From positions 8,400-72,399 of the forward strand of contig CAZNGA010000005.1 of NCBI GenBank assembly GCA_964572485.1: a stretch of 64,000 nt of DNA, read 5' to 3'. Below, one piece after another: positions 28,665 through 38,611 of the stretch. The notes below the pieces were generated by a model. The model did no database searches and had not been told where the DNA came from. It saw nothing but the letters and a program-made list of their open reading frames with translations. Every line of letters starts with the position of its first letter. The stretch's first letter is position 1. The position numbers and the translations under genes were made by a program. The DNA comes from an uncultured Chitinophagales bacterium. GTDB taxonomy: Bacteria > Bacteroidota > Bacteroidia > Chitinophagales > CAZNGA01.

Positions 28665-30092
28665 ATGAGTGTATTTAAACAATGGATCACCCTATTACTA
28701 TGCACTTTTCTCCTTACAATAGCTGCCAGTGCCCAGTTGACCAAATTTCAAAAATGGAATGAGCCGTCCTATTTTAGGGGATTTAACATTAAGCTATGGG
28801 ATAATGTAAATAATCGTACCGTCAACCAACAAGATTACTATGATCTAAAAGCAACAGGGGCAAATCTTGCTATTATGCAGATTTGGGGCAGTCGGTCAGA
28901 TACCGCTCCATACGCACCAACTCTATGGTGGACAAATGGGATTGACACTTCCTATTATATCAGCAAGTTGGATAGTATGGTCAAATATGCCCAAAATGCA
29001 GGGATCTACTATGTGATCTGTATTCGCCAAGGGCCCGGCAGAAGGGATGTAGGTTGGTCCAATCCCCTTCCTAACACACTATGGCAAGACACTGTAGAAC
29101 AAAATGAATATGCAGGGATGCTAAAAGACATGGCCCAAAGATACTTGCCGGATAGTTTATTTGTAGGCATTGATATGATCCAGGAGCCTAATCCCGGAAA
29201 TCCTTCGTGGTCAGGTATAGAAGTAAACCGTTATGAAGATTCCATGCAGTTCTATAATATTGATATCAATGGTTTATATACAAAGTGCATCGACTCGATC
29301 AGAACAGTAGCCCCTGGCCTGCCTCTTTTGGTACAGGGTGTACACTGGTCAAATGCAGAATACTTTGGGATGACAACTAAGCAAGCAGACAATAAGATAG
29401 TGTATAATGTTCACACGTATATTCCAAGGCCATTTGCTGCCCATGATAGTTTGAATGACGTGAATATGCATTATCCGGATACCTTTTGGAATAATCGGTT
29501 GGAGAAATATGGGTACATGGATAAAGAATACATCCGTGATACATTGCTATTTGTTGTAGACTCCTTTAAAAATGCCAACAATGTGCCAATCCTGATAGGT
29601 GAATTTGGCCTTGCCATACCTCAAAATGACGGGATCACCTACTTGATGGATATGGCTGACATATTTTGTGAAGAGGGTTATCACTATGCTTATTGGATAT
29701 TTGGCGGGGAGCCCACTTACAATTACCAATACTTCGACGATTCAATTATGGGGGGAGCTACTGCCTATATGGACTCTGTAATTGAGTCATTTAACTGTAG
29801 AGATTCAATGATAAGCAGTATTGAGTATGTATCACATTCAAATATTTCTATTTATCCAAATCCGGCAGGTGAATATTTCAATATTATTTTAGATAAACCA
29901 TTTAAAGGAACCTTAAGGGTAAAGATCTATGACATTTTAGGAAAAGAAATAGGTATGATAATGGAGCCAACGATTTCTGAAAGAAATAAAGAGATCAGTG
30001 TGAATATATCACAACTTTCACCTGGAATTTATTTTGTGTCATGTGAAAATAATAGATCTGCTTTCAGAGAAACGTTGGTAGTTATCAAGTAG
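28665..30092 (+). CDS. T9SS-secreted glycoside hydrolase family 5-like protein
   Basis: Signal peptide; RGFN strand 1; IDMIQEP (E174 acid/base); NVHTYIP; ILIGEFG (E313 nucleophile); C-terminal IYPNPA...LSPGIYFV T9SS domain. Confidence 0.78.
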   Translation: MSVFKQWITLLLCTFLLTIAASAQLTKFQKWNEPSYFRGFNIKLWDNVNNRTVNQQDYYDLKATGANLAIMQIWGSRSDTAPYAPTLWWTNGIDTSYYISKLDSMVKYAQNAGIYYVICIRQGPGRRDVGWSNPLPNTLWQDTVEQNEYAGMLKDMAQRYLPDSLFVGIDMIQEPNPGNPSWSGIEVNRYEDSMQFYNIDINGLYTKCIDSIRTVAPGLPLLVQGVHWSNAEYFGMTTKQADNKIVYNVHTYIPRPFAAHDSLNDVNMHYPDTFWNNRLEKYGYMDKEYIRDTLLFVVDSFKNANNVPILIGEFGLAIPQNDGITYLMDMADIFCEEGYHYAYWIFGGEPTYNYQYFDDSIMGGATAYMDSVIESFNCRDSMISSIEYVSHSNISIYPNPAGEYFNIILDKPFKGTLRVKIYDILGKEIGMIMEPTISERNKEISVNISQLSPGIYFVSCENNRSAFRETLVVIK

Positions 30093-30154
30093 CCCAAAGA
30101 GTTTCTTCCCTTCTTTTCCTTCTTCTCTTTCCTTCCTTGACTATTTGCGCTTGC

Positions 30155-30246
30155 GTGTAACTAAATTGCGAAAACTGTTTCTTTCTCTATGCTCAAAAAA
30201 CAGTAATTTGTTGTGGGGGGATGTCCCGCTCCCCCAAGGGGAAAAA
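30155..30246 (+). repeat. 92-bp dispersed intergenic element, copy 2
   Basis: See 8126-8217. Identical core at 30203-30246; this copy lies between convergent genes. Confidence 0.9.
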
Positions 30247-30295
30247 ATCAAAAATTGATCTCATTTGAAAATTGTAAAGGAACGATAAAATTTTT

Positions 30296-31207
30296 CTAGC
30301 GCCTTTTCAACTCATTTGCATATCTGACACCTAGATCCTCTTTATTATTTTTGGCCCATTCCGAAAATAGTGTGATACCTGTAGGCTTTGATTCAGTGCA
30401 AAGCAGATCAGACATTAGTCCATCGATCTCCTCCCTGGTTATCACAACGTCTCCGACAAAAGCACCTAATAATCTACCGCACCAGTAACCCAGTCCCGGA
30501 TTGATGTGAGTGATCATCCTCTTTTTACCCAATATTTCCATTATTGTAAGGACCAAATCCCTATAACTGTAGGTTTCGGGTCCAATTGCATCTATGATCA
30601 CATTCTTATCATTCGATGCCCATTCAACTGCCAATTTTGCCATATCCTCCACAAAAATGGGTTGTAAACGATATTCACCCTTACCAAAAATGCCAAAGGT
30701 GGGTAGATGCCTGATCATCCATGCAATATTATTGATCAGGATATCCTCCTTTCCAAAAAGTACAGCCGGCCTTAAAATTGCATATGAAAGACCTAATTGC
30801 TTCAATGCTTTCTCCAATTTTGCCTTCCCGGAAAAGTACTCTAACCTTGAATCTATTGAGGGATTCGTAATGCTGACATGCACAATCCTTTTAACACCTG
30901 CTTTCTGCGCAGCCCTAAATAATTTCAAGGTATTCTCAACAGCAATGGAGTGCTTAAATCTTTTGTGGTTAAATCTTACCCAATAGGTGTTATATAAGAC
31001 ATCTACATTCTGTAAAGAATCTCTCAATTTATCCTGATCGTCAAAATGAAAAGGATGTACCTCAATTTGACCTTCAAATGGATTATTTCTATGTAAAGAA
31101 TTCGTAAGTGTACCAACATGATACCCCTCGGCTAATAATTGGTGTGCAATATACTTACCCAAATATCCAAAAGCTCCGGTAACGACATGAATACTATTTC
31201 CTCTCAT
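30296..31207 (-). CDS. NAD(P)-binding atypical SDR, NDUFA9/NmrA-like
   Basis: VTGAFGYLG, YFSGKAKLE (YxxxK), ILRPAVLFG, LQPIFVED. Confidence 0.85.
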   Translation of the reverse strand: MRGNSIHVVTGAFGYLGKYIAHQLLAEGYHVGTLTNSLHRNNPFEGQIEVHPFHFDDQDKLRDSLQNVDVLYNTYWVRFNHKRFKHSIAVENTLKLFRAAQKAGVKRIVHVSITNPSIDSRLEYFSGKAKLEKALKQLGLSYAILRPAVLFGKEDILINNIAWMIRHLPTFGIFGKGEYRLQPIFVEDMAKLAVEWASNDKNVIIDAIGPETYSYRDLVLTIMEILGKKRMITHINPGLGYWCGRLLGAFVGDVVITREEIDGLMSDLLCTESKPTGITLFSEWAKNNKEDLGVRYANELKRR

Positions 31208-31226
31208 AATTATATATTTTCAATTC

Positions 31227-31244
31227 TTTCAGAATATTATGAAA
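31227..31244. promoter_or_regulatory. Candidate operator TTTCA-N8-TGAAA upstream of the SDR gene
   Basis: tttca-gaatatta-tgaaa, 20-37 bp upstream of ATG 31207; matches the site at 31796-31817. Confidence 0.55.
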
Positions 31245-31260
31245 CTTACTTTCAAAAAAA

Positions 31261-31770
31261 TTATTTACTGATCAATTTCATGAAGGTGCTCAAGAACCAA
31301 TTCTCTTCAGACCGTGTGATCCTATCCAAAGTTTTATCGGCCTGCTCGGCAAATCCTTTTATATCCTTTATTCTTTTGGAAAACTTCTTAGCTTCCTTTT
31401 TGTGCTTAGGATCATCCACATGTTCAAGATCCTTGAGCATCATCAACATTGGCTCCAGCTCCCTTTGCCTTCTTACGTTGATCACTTTTCGGGTAATAAA
31501 CCAAATATCCTTCTCTCCAATGAAAAACTCCCTTCTCTCTCCTTGCTTATATTGCTTATAGATCAATCCCCAATCGATCAATGTTCTAACATTCATATTT
31601 ACATTTCCTCTTGACATGCTTAGATGCTTCATAATGTCTTCAGCGCTCAAGGGGTCATCTGTGATAAGAAATAGTGCGTGGATCTGAGCCATAGTCCTAT
31701 TGATACCCCACTTTGAGCCCAGACTGCCCCAAGATTGTATAAACCGCTCTTTTGATTCCTGTAACTTCAT
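31261..31770 (-). CDS. GbsR/MarR-family transcriptional regulator
   Basis: FIQSWGSLGSKWGINRTMAQIHALFL, LSMSRGNVNMNVRTLIDWGL winged-HTH signature. Confidence 0.9.
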   Translation of the reverse strand: MKLQESKERFIQSWGSLGSKWGINRTMAQIHALFLITDDPLSAEDIMKHLSMSRGNVNMNVRTLIDWGLIYKQYKQGERREFFIGEKDIWFITRKVINVRRQRELEPMLMMLKDLEHVDDPKHKKEAKKFSKRIKDIKGFAEQADKTLDRITRSEENWFLSTFMKLISK

Positions 31771-31795
31771 GCTGTAAAGTTACACAAACTTTTAT

Positions 31796-31817
31796 ACTTT
31801 CAAATATTTCTGAAAGT
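31796..31817. promoter_or_regulatory. Candidate autoregulatory operator ACTTTCA-N8-TGAAAGT
   Basis: Perfect 7-bp inverted arms 26-47 bp upstream of the regulator ATG. Confidence 0.65.
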
Positions 31818-31957
31818 TAATTTTGTGCTTTTTACTCAATACTTAGACTTTAATGAATTTATGATAAGTAGAAAAACTATTTGAGGTATGAAATATTGAA
31901 GTATTTTACAGTCTCGAAACAACGATTACTTTTTTCTCCGAATAAACAAAATTGCTT

Positions 31958-32516
31958 CTAGCAATTTTTTCTCCTAGTTGCATAAATGCTTTAGAATGTA
32001 AACAAGCAGGGCATATCTCTAAAACTTCTTCCGGTTCATAGACATGTTCGCAGTTCAAACATTTCCACCACACCTTACCATCCCTGATAACACTTTACCC
32101 TCTGAAATATTTTGCAATAGTTTCAAGTATTTAAGTTCATTCTCCGCTTCTACTTTTACTATCAAATTGAATACAGTGGCAACTTCTGCAAATTTCGGAT
32201 ATAGTGTAGCCCATTTCTTCATTTTCCCCTTCGGCAGCTGCTTATAAACTATCTTTTTTGGTTCCAATAACTCCGGCAGGATAATTTGCCATTATTTCGC
32301 TTTCCCTCCTTCCAGAAAATTATTGAACCGTTTTGCATCTTCTTTTCCTGATTCGCTATTTCTTGAAAAATGGCTGCAATTTGTTCGTAATATTCTTTTT
32401 TAGCAACAGTAGCAAAAAATCGTAGCGATTCCTTGCCTACGATTTACCTGCAATTCGCCTGCGAATGCTTTTAATAAATCCTGTTCTGTTTTCGATCCTT
32501 TTACTGAGCATAACAT
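31958..32516 (-). pseudogene. rbr: Rubrerythrin pseudogene (several frameshifts, a stop and an internal deletion)
   Basis: Fragments in changing frames: SVKGSKTEQDLLKAFAGE / NRYDFFATVAKKEYYEQIAAIFQEIANQEKEDAKRF..FLEGG / NYPAGVIGT..SL*AAAEGENEE / WATLYPKFAEVA / VEAENE..YLKLLQNI / WWKCLNCEHVY....ICPACLHSKAF. Track ORF 32055-32267 is one fragment. Confidence 0.9.
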
Positions 32517-32535
32517 AGCTATTGCAATTCATATA

Positions 32536-33213
32536 TTAAACTTCAATAAAATCTGCTTTGCTTGCTCCGCAAACAGGACATTCCCAATCATCAGGCAAGT
32601 CTGCAAACTCAATTCCTTCCTCATTTTCATCATGAATATATTCGCAAATTGTGCATTTGTATTTACCAGTTTTTGTTGGAATCGCAGAGGTTGCTAATTT
32701 TGACTTATCTATATAAGTTGGTGCATTTTTTGGAGCAACACCTTTTTTGACTTGGCGATAATATGCATAAGTTATCGGCTCATTGATTTCATCTAATATT
32801 TGTGCATCAATTAATTCACCAACAAATAGCCAATGTGTCCCTATATCAAACTTTTGAACAACTTTACATTCCAAATATGCAATACTGTCATTCAGAACGA
32901 TCGGAGTACCGGTTATGCCATATTTTACATTCAAACCTTCTAATTTCCTAAACTCCTTACCGTTTTTATAACCCAACTTGCTAATTAGGTCTGATTCTGC
33001 CTTTTCGTGTAGGACGGAGACAGAAAAATGATCGCTTTTTTCAATAATTTCACAAGTATAATTGTCTTTATTACAGCAAGTGGCAAATCTTGGGGGATCT
33101 GACGTTACTTGAAATACAGTATTTGCTATAAATCCGTTACCGCTATCTTTTTCGCCTGCACAAACAATATATAGTCCGTAAGTTATTTTAAATAACGCTT
33201 CAAAATTGATCAT
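32536..33213 (-). CDS. hrb: Flavin reductase-rubredoxin fusion (high-molecular-weight rubredoxin)
   Basis: ITYGLYIV...[13 protein letters not shown] and [10 protein letters not shown] flavin-reductase domain, [17 protein letters not shown] linker, C-terminal KYKCTICEY...[11 protein letters not shown] rubredoxin. Confidence 0.9.
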   Translation of the reverse strand: MINFEALFKITYGLYIVCAGEKDSGNGFIANTVFQVTSDPPRFATCCNKDNYTCEIIEKSDHFSVSVLHEKAESDLISKLGYKNGKEFRKLEGLNVKYGITGTPIVLNDSIAYLECKVVQKFDIGTHWLFVGELIDAQILDEINEPITYAYYRQVKKGVAPKNAPTYIDKSKLATSAIPTKTGKYKCTICEYIHDENEEGIEFADLPDDWECPVCGASKADFIEV

Positions 33214-33353
33214 ATCTATTATTTAGTTACAATTATTCGTAGTGGATTTTCTCTCAGCCTATTTTTTTCAAAAAGTTTTACTTATTATTACCCTCGAGTG
33301 CAATTCTTTGAAAGAATAATGCAATGGGTAATATTATTACTATTACTAAATAA

Positions 33354-35624
33354 TTAAACTAATGTTCCATTACCTTTGATCTTATTTAAAGCACTACCCG
33401 CCTTAAACCACTCTATCTGACTCTCATTATACGTATGATTCACCACTATCTTATCATCAGACCCATCAGAATGATGCAGGACTATTGTCAATGGCTGTTC
33501 AGGAGAAAAGGTGGTCAAACCCAAAATATCTATCGTATCATCTTCAACTACCTTGTCATAATCACCCGGATCATCGAAAGTTAAAGCAAGCATCCCCTGT
33601 TTTTTTAAATTGGTCTCATGAATCCTGGCAAAGGATCTTACAACAACGGCCCTTACACCTAAATGGCGCGGCTCCATAGCAGCGTGTTCTCGTGATGAAC
33701 CTTCACCATAATTCTCATCTCCAAATACTACTGAGCCAAAGCCAGCTTCCTTATAAGAACGGGCAACTTTTGAAATATTTTCAATAGTGCCGGTCAACAT
33801 ATTTTTCACTTCCCCGATCTTAGCATTAAAAGCATTGGCCACCCCAAGGAATAAGTTGTCAGAGATATTATCTAGGTGGCCTCGAAAACGTAACCAAGGC
33901 CCAGCCATAGAAATATGGTCGGTGGTACACTTCCCTTTTGCCTTGACCAACAATTTTAAATTGCGCAGGTCATGCCCATCCCAGGCGGCAAATGGGTCCA
34001 ATATTTGTATTCTTTTGGAAGCGGGATCCACATTAACGGAGATATCCTCTCCTGATTCCGCAGGAGCCACATACCCTGATTCACCGGCTTCAAAGCCCTT
34101 TTCCGGCAAAGCAACTCCTTGAGGTTCATCCAGAGTAACCTGTTCTCCATCTGTATTAGTAAGAGAGTCCGTCATCGGATTAAAGCAAAGATCCCCTGAA
34201 AGGATCATAGCAGTCACGATCTCAGGAGAAGCCACAAAGGCATAAGTATTTGGATCACCATCATTACGCTTGGCAAAATTTCTATTGTAAGAGGTGAGGA
34301 TAGAATTCTTTGGATTCTCGCTCACCCTACCTCTCTCCCACTGACCAATACACGGGCCGCAGGCATTTGCCAATACTATTCCGCCGATCTTCTCAAAATC
34401 ACCCAGTAGCCCATCCCGTTCAGTTGTAGCTCTTATCCGCTCTGATCCCGGTGTGACGATCAATGAAGAGTCCACCTGGATCTTCTTTTCAACTGCTTGG
34501 CGAGCAATAGAAGCCGCCCTGGTAAGATCCTCGTAGGAAGAATTCGTACACGAACCGATCAATCCTGCCTCTAAATTTTGTGGATAGTCATGCTCTTTTA
34601 CTGCTGCTGCAAATTCAGAGATTGGCCACGCCTTATCAGGAGTGAAGGGGCCGTTAATATGTGGCTCCAACTTTGAAAGATCTATCTCGATCAATTGGTC
34701 ATAATACTTTTCAGGGTCATCAAGCACTTCGCTATCGGACCTTAGATTTTCGCTCACCTTTTCAGCTAAATCAGCTACATCTTCCCTGCCTGTAGCAGTA
34801 AGGTATTCAGAGGTTTTGTCATCATATCCAAAAACAGAAGTGGTAGCACCAATTTCTGCTCCCATATTACAAATAGTCGCTCTTCCTGTGCAAGAAATAT
34901 TTTCAATCCCATCTCCAAAATACTCAAGGATAAATCCAGTACCACCCTTAACGGTCAACATTCCAGCGATCTTTAGAATGATATCCTTTGCGGAAACCCA
35001 TCCACTCAGCTTACCAGTCAATTTTATGCCAAGCAGTTTTGGCATCTTTAGCTCCCATGGCATGCCCACCATGACATCCACAGCATCTGCCCCGCCAACC
35101 CCTATTGCTATCATTCCCAGGCCTCCAGCATTTGGCGTATGAGAGTCTGTTCCCAGCATCATACCCCCAGGAAAAGCATAATTCTCAAGAATGACTTGAT
35201 GAATGATCCCTGCTCCCGGCTTCCAAAATCCGATCCCATATTTCTGTGATACAGAGGATAGAAAGTCATATACTTCCTTGTTAGTGGTTTGTGCACTCTT
35301 AAGATCTTCATCGGCTCCTTTCCTTGCCTGTATCAAATGATCACAATGGACTGTAGATGGCACTGCCACTTGCTTCTTATTTGCCAAAATAAACTGTAGT
35401 AATGCCATTTGAGCTGTAGCATCTTGCATGGCAACACGGTCAGGGGCAAAGTCAACATAAGAGCTGCCACGATCATATGGTTGAACAGACGAGACATTGA
35501 ACAAATGCGTATACAATATTTTTTCAACAAGTGTGAGTGGCCGATTCAATACTGGCCTGATGGATTTTATGCTATAAGCCAGTTTCTCATAGTTCCCTTT
35601 GATCATTTCAATATCAAATGCCAT
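33354..35624 (-). CDS. acn: Aconitate hydratase (mitochondrial-like type)
   Basis: [70 protein letters not shown] 35624 (MAFDIEMIK) preferred. Confidence 0.95.
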   Translation of the reverse strand: MAFDIEMIKGNYEKLAYSIKSIRPVLNRPLTLVEKILYTHLFNVSSVQPYDRGSSYVDFAPDRVAMQDATAQMALLQFILANKKQVAVPSTVHCDHLIQARKGADEDLKSAQTTNKEVYDFLSSVSQKYGIGFWKPGAGIIHQVILENYAFPGGMMLGTDSHTPNAGGLGMIAIGVGGADAVDVMVGMPWELKMPKLLGIKLTGKLSGWVSAKDIILKIAGMLTVKGGTGFILEYFGDGIENISCTGRATICNMGAEIGATTSVFGYDDKTSEYLTATGREDVADLAEKVSENLRSDSEVLDDPEKYYDQLIEIDLSKLEPHINGPFTPDKAWPISEFAAAVKEHDYPQNLEAGLIGSCTNSSYEDLTRAASIARQAVEKKIQVDSSLIVTPGSERIRATTERDGLLGDFEKIGGIVLANACGPCIGQWERGRVSENPKNSILTSYNRNFAKRNDGDPNTYAFVASPEIVTAMILSGDLCFNPMTDSLTNTDGEQVTLDEPQGVALPEKGFEAGESGYVAPAESGEDISVNVDPASKRIQILDPFAAWDGHDLRNLKLLVKAKGKCTTDHISMAGPWLRFRGHLDNISDNLFLGVANAFNAKIGEVKNMLTGTIENISKVARSYKEAGFGSVVFGDENYGEGSSREHAAMEPRHLGVRAVVVRSFARIHETNLKKQGMLALTFDDPGDYDKVVEDDTIDILGLTTFSPEQPLTIVLHHSDGSDDKIVVNHTYNESQIEWFKAGSALNKIKGNGTLV

Positions 35625-35784
35625 AATTTTGTACTTTTGATGAGTTTGAAGTTTCTTTGTGTGCTCTAAAAGAGTAACAATTTGCAACCCAATTATACTG
35701 CGAAATTAATACTTTTTAATGATTTCAAGATCCTTTATACTTGCTAATTATGATAAATAATTGAATTGAACAAGTTACTGCAAA

Positions 35785-37011
35785 ATGGCCATCTATGAGG
35801 ACATAAAAATTGCGCTCAGAGGAATTCGCGGATCTCTCCTGAGGACCATTCTCACCTGCCTGATCATTTCCTTCGGGATCATGGCATTAGTTGGGATTCT
35901 CACCGCAACTGATGTAATGAAAGCAGCAATAGAGCAGAACTTCACGTTCATGGGAGCAAATAGCTTTAAGATAAGGTTGCAGCGGCAAAGCCATCAAAGA
36001 GGTGAGAGCAGCACGAAACGAATTCCGATCAAATATAAACAAGCTATGGCCTTTAAGGAACGATATGAGTTCCCGGCTACAGTTAGTGTATCTACCTTTG
36101 CGACCGGGCTGGCTACTTTAAAACGAAAATCAAAAAAAACACACCCCAATGTTTTTGTGAGCGGCGTTGATGAAAATCACCTATTTGTGAACGGCTTTGG
36201 TCTCGTAGCCGGTAGAAATTTTTCTAACCAAGAGTTATTTTCAGGCAGCCAGGTAGTGATCCTTGGCAATACCATAAAAGAGAAACTCTTTGAGAAACAG
36301 GATTCAGTACTAAATCAGATGATATCCATCGGAAGTACAAAATACAAAGTGATCGGGATCATGGACTTCCAAGGTTCTAGTACATTCATGAATGTTGACA
36401 ACCAAGCACTGGTCCCGGTAGCCAATGCAAAAAGGGTTTTTGTAGGTGCCGACCAATCATACGTGATCTCTGTGGCTGTTGAGAATGTAGAGCAAATGAA
36501 TCCGGCAGTTATGGAAGCCAAAGGTTTGTTAAGGAATATTCGGAAATTAAAACTTAATGAAGAAGATGACTTTAGGATCGTAAAGAGTGATAAGATCGTA
36601 AAAGCACTGATAGAGAGCATCTCTTATTTCGTTATTGCCTCATCTGTCATTGGATTTATAACCTTGATAAGCTCAGCCATCGGCTTGATGAACATCATGC
36701 TTGTCTCAGTATCTGAAAGGACTCGTGAAATAGGCATCAGTAAGGCAATAGGAGCAACAAAAAAGACGATCAGGATTCAATTTCTAACTGAAGCAGTTGT
36801 AATATGCCAGATAGGAGGGGCTGTTGGTATTCTTCTTGGCATCTTCGTAGGCAACATACTTTCATTGATTTTCGGCATCCAGTTTATCATCCCCTGGTTA
36901 TGGATCTTTACAGGTTTTATCTTCTGCTTTATTGTAGGCCTTGCCTCAGGCATCTATCCTGCCATAAGAGCCTCAAAACTAGACCCAATCGAAGCATTAA
37001 GACATGAATGA
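35785..37011 (+). CDS. ABC transporter permease, MacB/FtsX family
   Basis: [56 protein letters not shown]. No adjacent ATPase. Confidence 0.92.
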   Translation: MAIYEDIKIALRGIRGSLLRTILTCLIISFGIMALVGILTATDVMKAAIEQNFTFMGANSFKIRLQRQSHQRGESSTKRIPIKYKQAMAFKERYEFPATVSVSTFATGLATLKRKSKKTHPNVFVSGVDENHLFVNGFGLVAGRNFSNQELFSGSQVVILGNTIKEKLFEKQDSVLNQMISIGSTKYKVIGIMDFQGSSTFMNVDNQALVPVANAKRVFVGADQSYVISVAVENVEQMNPAVMEAKGLLRNIRKLKLNEEDDFRIVKSDKIVKALIESISYFVIASSVIGFITLISSAIGLMNIMLVSVSERTREIGISKAIGATKKTIRIQFLTEAVVICQIGGAVGILLGIFVGNILSLIFGIQFIIPWLWIFTGFIFCFIVGLASGIYPAIRASKLDPIEALRHE

Positions 37012-37041
37012 TAATTGAGGAAAATGGGAGGTCAAAGGTGT

Positions 37042-37488
37042 CTACTCAGGAACAACTTCGAAGTTCAACTCAATGACTATATCCTTATGAAGATCAATAG
37101 TGGCCTGAAAAGTACCTAAGTTCTTAACTTCCTCAGGTATGGTGATCTTTTTGCGGTCTACTTCAATACCTTCTTGCTTTTTGATGGCATCAATAAGCTG
37201 GTGTGTAGTTACTGAACCAAATATTTTTCCGGTAGTACCGACTTTAGCTCCTATCTTAATTTTGGCCTTATTAAGCTTGTCAGCAACAAGTTGATATTCT
37301 TCCATCAACTTCTTCTCTTTTACCTCTTGATGTTTTCTCCTTTCCTCGTGGACCTTCCGATTTGAATCATTAGCTAATAGTGCAATCCCTTTAGGTATAA
37401 GGTAATTTCTTCCATAACCGCCCTTTACCTTGACGATGTCATTTACTACCCCCAATCCTTCAAAGTCTTTCAATAAAATAACTTCCAT
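37042..37488 (-). CDS. rplI: 50S ribosomal protein L9
   Basis: LG...DIVKVKGGYGRNYLIPKG, GKIFGSVT. Confidence 0.97.
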   Translation of the reverse strand: MEVILLKDFEGLGVVNDIVKVKGGYGRNYLIPKGIALLANDSNRKVHEERRKHQEVKEKKLMEEYQLVADKLNKAKIKIGAKVGTTGKIFGSVTTHQLIDAIKKQEGIEVDRKKITIPEEVKNLGTFQATIDLHKDIVIELNFEVVPE

Positions 37489-37496
37489 GAGATATA

Positions 37497-37766
37497 CTAT
37501 TTTAAAAGGTCGGTTACATTAGGCAACAAGGCTAATTGCCGTGCTTTCTTGATCGCAATACCTACTTTACGTTGGTATTTTAAAGAGTTTCCTGATAATC
37601 TTCTGGGCAGTATCTTACCTTGCTCATTCAAAAACTTCATTAAAAAGTCTACCCCTTTATAGTCAATGTACTTGATCTTGCTCTTTTTAAAGCGACAATA
37701 CTTTTTCTGTCTTTCTCCTATATTCGGGGAAGTCAGGAATTTAATATCTTCATTTCTAGTGCCCAT
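37497..37766 (-). CDS. rpsR: 30S ribosomal protein S18 (Bacteroidota type)
   Basis: [41 protein letters not shown]. Confidence 0.96.
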   Translation of the reverse strand: MGTRNEDIKFLTSPNIGERQKKYCRFKKSKIKYIDYKGVDFLMKFLNEQGKILPRRLSGNSLKYQRKVGIAIKKARQLALLPNVTDLLK

Positions 37767-37769
37767 AAA

Positions 37770-38486
37770 TTAACTATCCTGTTTTTCTTTTGAATCAATG
37801 GTCTCTTCTTTTTCTTCTTCAGATGCTGAATCCTCCACAGGTGGAGTTTCTGTTTCTTTAGCATCAGTTTCCTTGGTATCTGCTTCCTTAGCATCGACCT
37901 CTTTTAAAGGAGCGTCCTTTTCTTTAGTAGCAGCATCTTCAGGGGTCGAAGAAGTGTCCTCTTTCGGTCCTTTATCAGATGAAGCTTCTGTTGGTTCTGT
38001 CTTAGCATCTACAACACTCTTTTCCTCTTTAAGGGTAGCGGCTTCCTTATTACTATCATCTGCTTTTACAATCTTTTCCTCAATCTTTCCCTTTACTTCT
38101 TCCTTTTCCTCTACTTTATCTGCCTTATCATCCTTATTATCGGGTTTTCCTTTACCTATTAAGCCCTTTCTCTTCCTGTCATTATAGTCAATAGCGTACT
38201 TATCCAGCTTTGTGGTTAAAAACCGCATAATACTCTCGTCACGACTAAATTCCTTCTCTAACAAAGCGATAACCTCTGGCTCAGCCTTATACTCAAACAA
38301 ATAGTAATATCCAGTTGTCTTTTTCTTGATTGGATATGCCAATTGCTTAAGTCCCCATTTCTCCTCATGGATGATCTCTGCCTTATTCTTCTTTAAAAAC
38401 GCGATATAATTGTCATACGTCTTTTTAAGATCTTCCTCAGAAAGAACAGGTGTTACAATAATTACTGTTTCGTATTGCCTCTGCAT
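37770..38486 (-). CDS. rpsF: 30S ribosomal protein S6 with long acidic C-terminal extension
   Basis: YETVIIVTPVLSE, WGLKQLAYPIKKK..GYY, IMRFLTTKLD; residues about 111-238 are low complexity. Confidence 0.95.
   Translation of the reverse strand: MQRQYETVIIVTPVLSEEDLKKTYDNYIAFLKKNKAEIIHEEKWGLKQLAYPIKKKTTGYYYLFEYKAEPEVIALLEKEFSRDESIMRFLTTKLDKYAIDYNDRKRKGLIGKGKPDNKDDKADKVEEKEEVKGKIEEKIVKADDSNKEAATLKEEKSVVDAKTEPTEASSDKGPKEDTSSTPEDAATKEKDAPLKEVDAKEADTKETDAKETETPPVEDSASEEEKEETIDSKEKQDS
37851..37904 (-). repeat. Imperfect 15-bp tandem repeat inside the rpsF tail
   Basis: tgtttctttagcatc / agtttccttggtatc / tgcttccttagcatc / gacctcttt, encoding KEVDA-KEADT-KETDA-KET. Confidence 0.75.
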
Positions 38487-38519
38487 TACATTTAATATTC
38501 AAATATGAAAAACGGACTG

Positions 38520-38527
38520 CAAAGATA
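38520..38527 (-). promoter_or_regulatory. -7 promoter box (TATCTTTG) for rpsF-rpsR-rplI
   Basis: caaagata on plus strand, 34 bp upstream of the rpsF start. Confidence 0.65.
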
Positions 38528-38611
38528 GAAAATTATTAGATAATAATCTATTATTGTATTTTATTTTCAGTAAAATTTGTATCCAAAAATATAACTTTCT
38601 AAATTTATTCC

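Noticed and set aside
30141-30180. Possible SAM-II or other riboswitch; also a cobalamin riboswitch before the TonB receptor
   Set aside because: Conserved cores not found by eye.
31200-31226. dif-like AT-rich string
   Set aside because: Lacks the XerD arm TTATGTTAAA.
32055-32267. 70-aa ORF as a standalone gene
   Set aside because: It is a frame-shifted fragment of the rubrerythrin pseudogene.
33326-33350. Possible Fur box near hrb
   Set aside because: Only about 11/19 matches in very AT-rich DNA.
37497-37530. bS18 C-terminus LPNVTD where LPYV is recalled
   Set aside because: One substitution; significance cannot be judged without an alignment.
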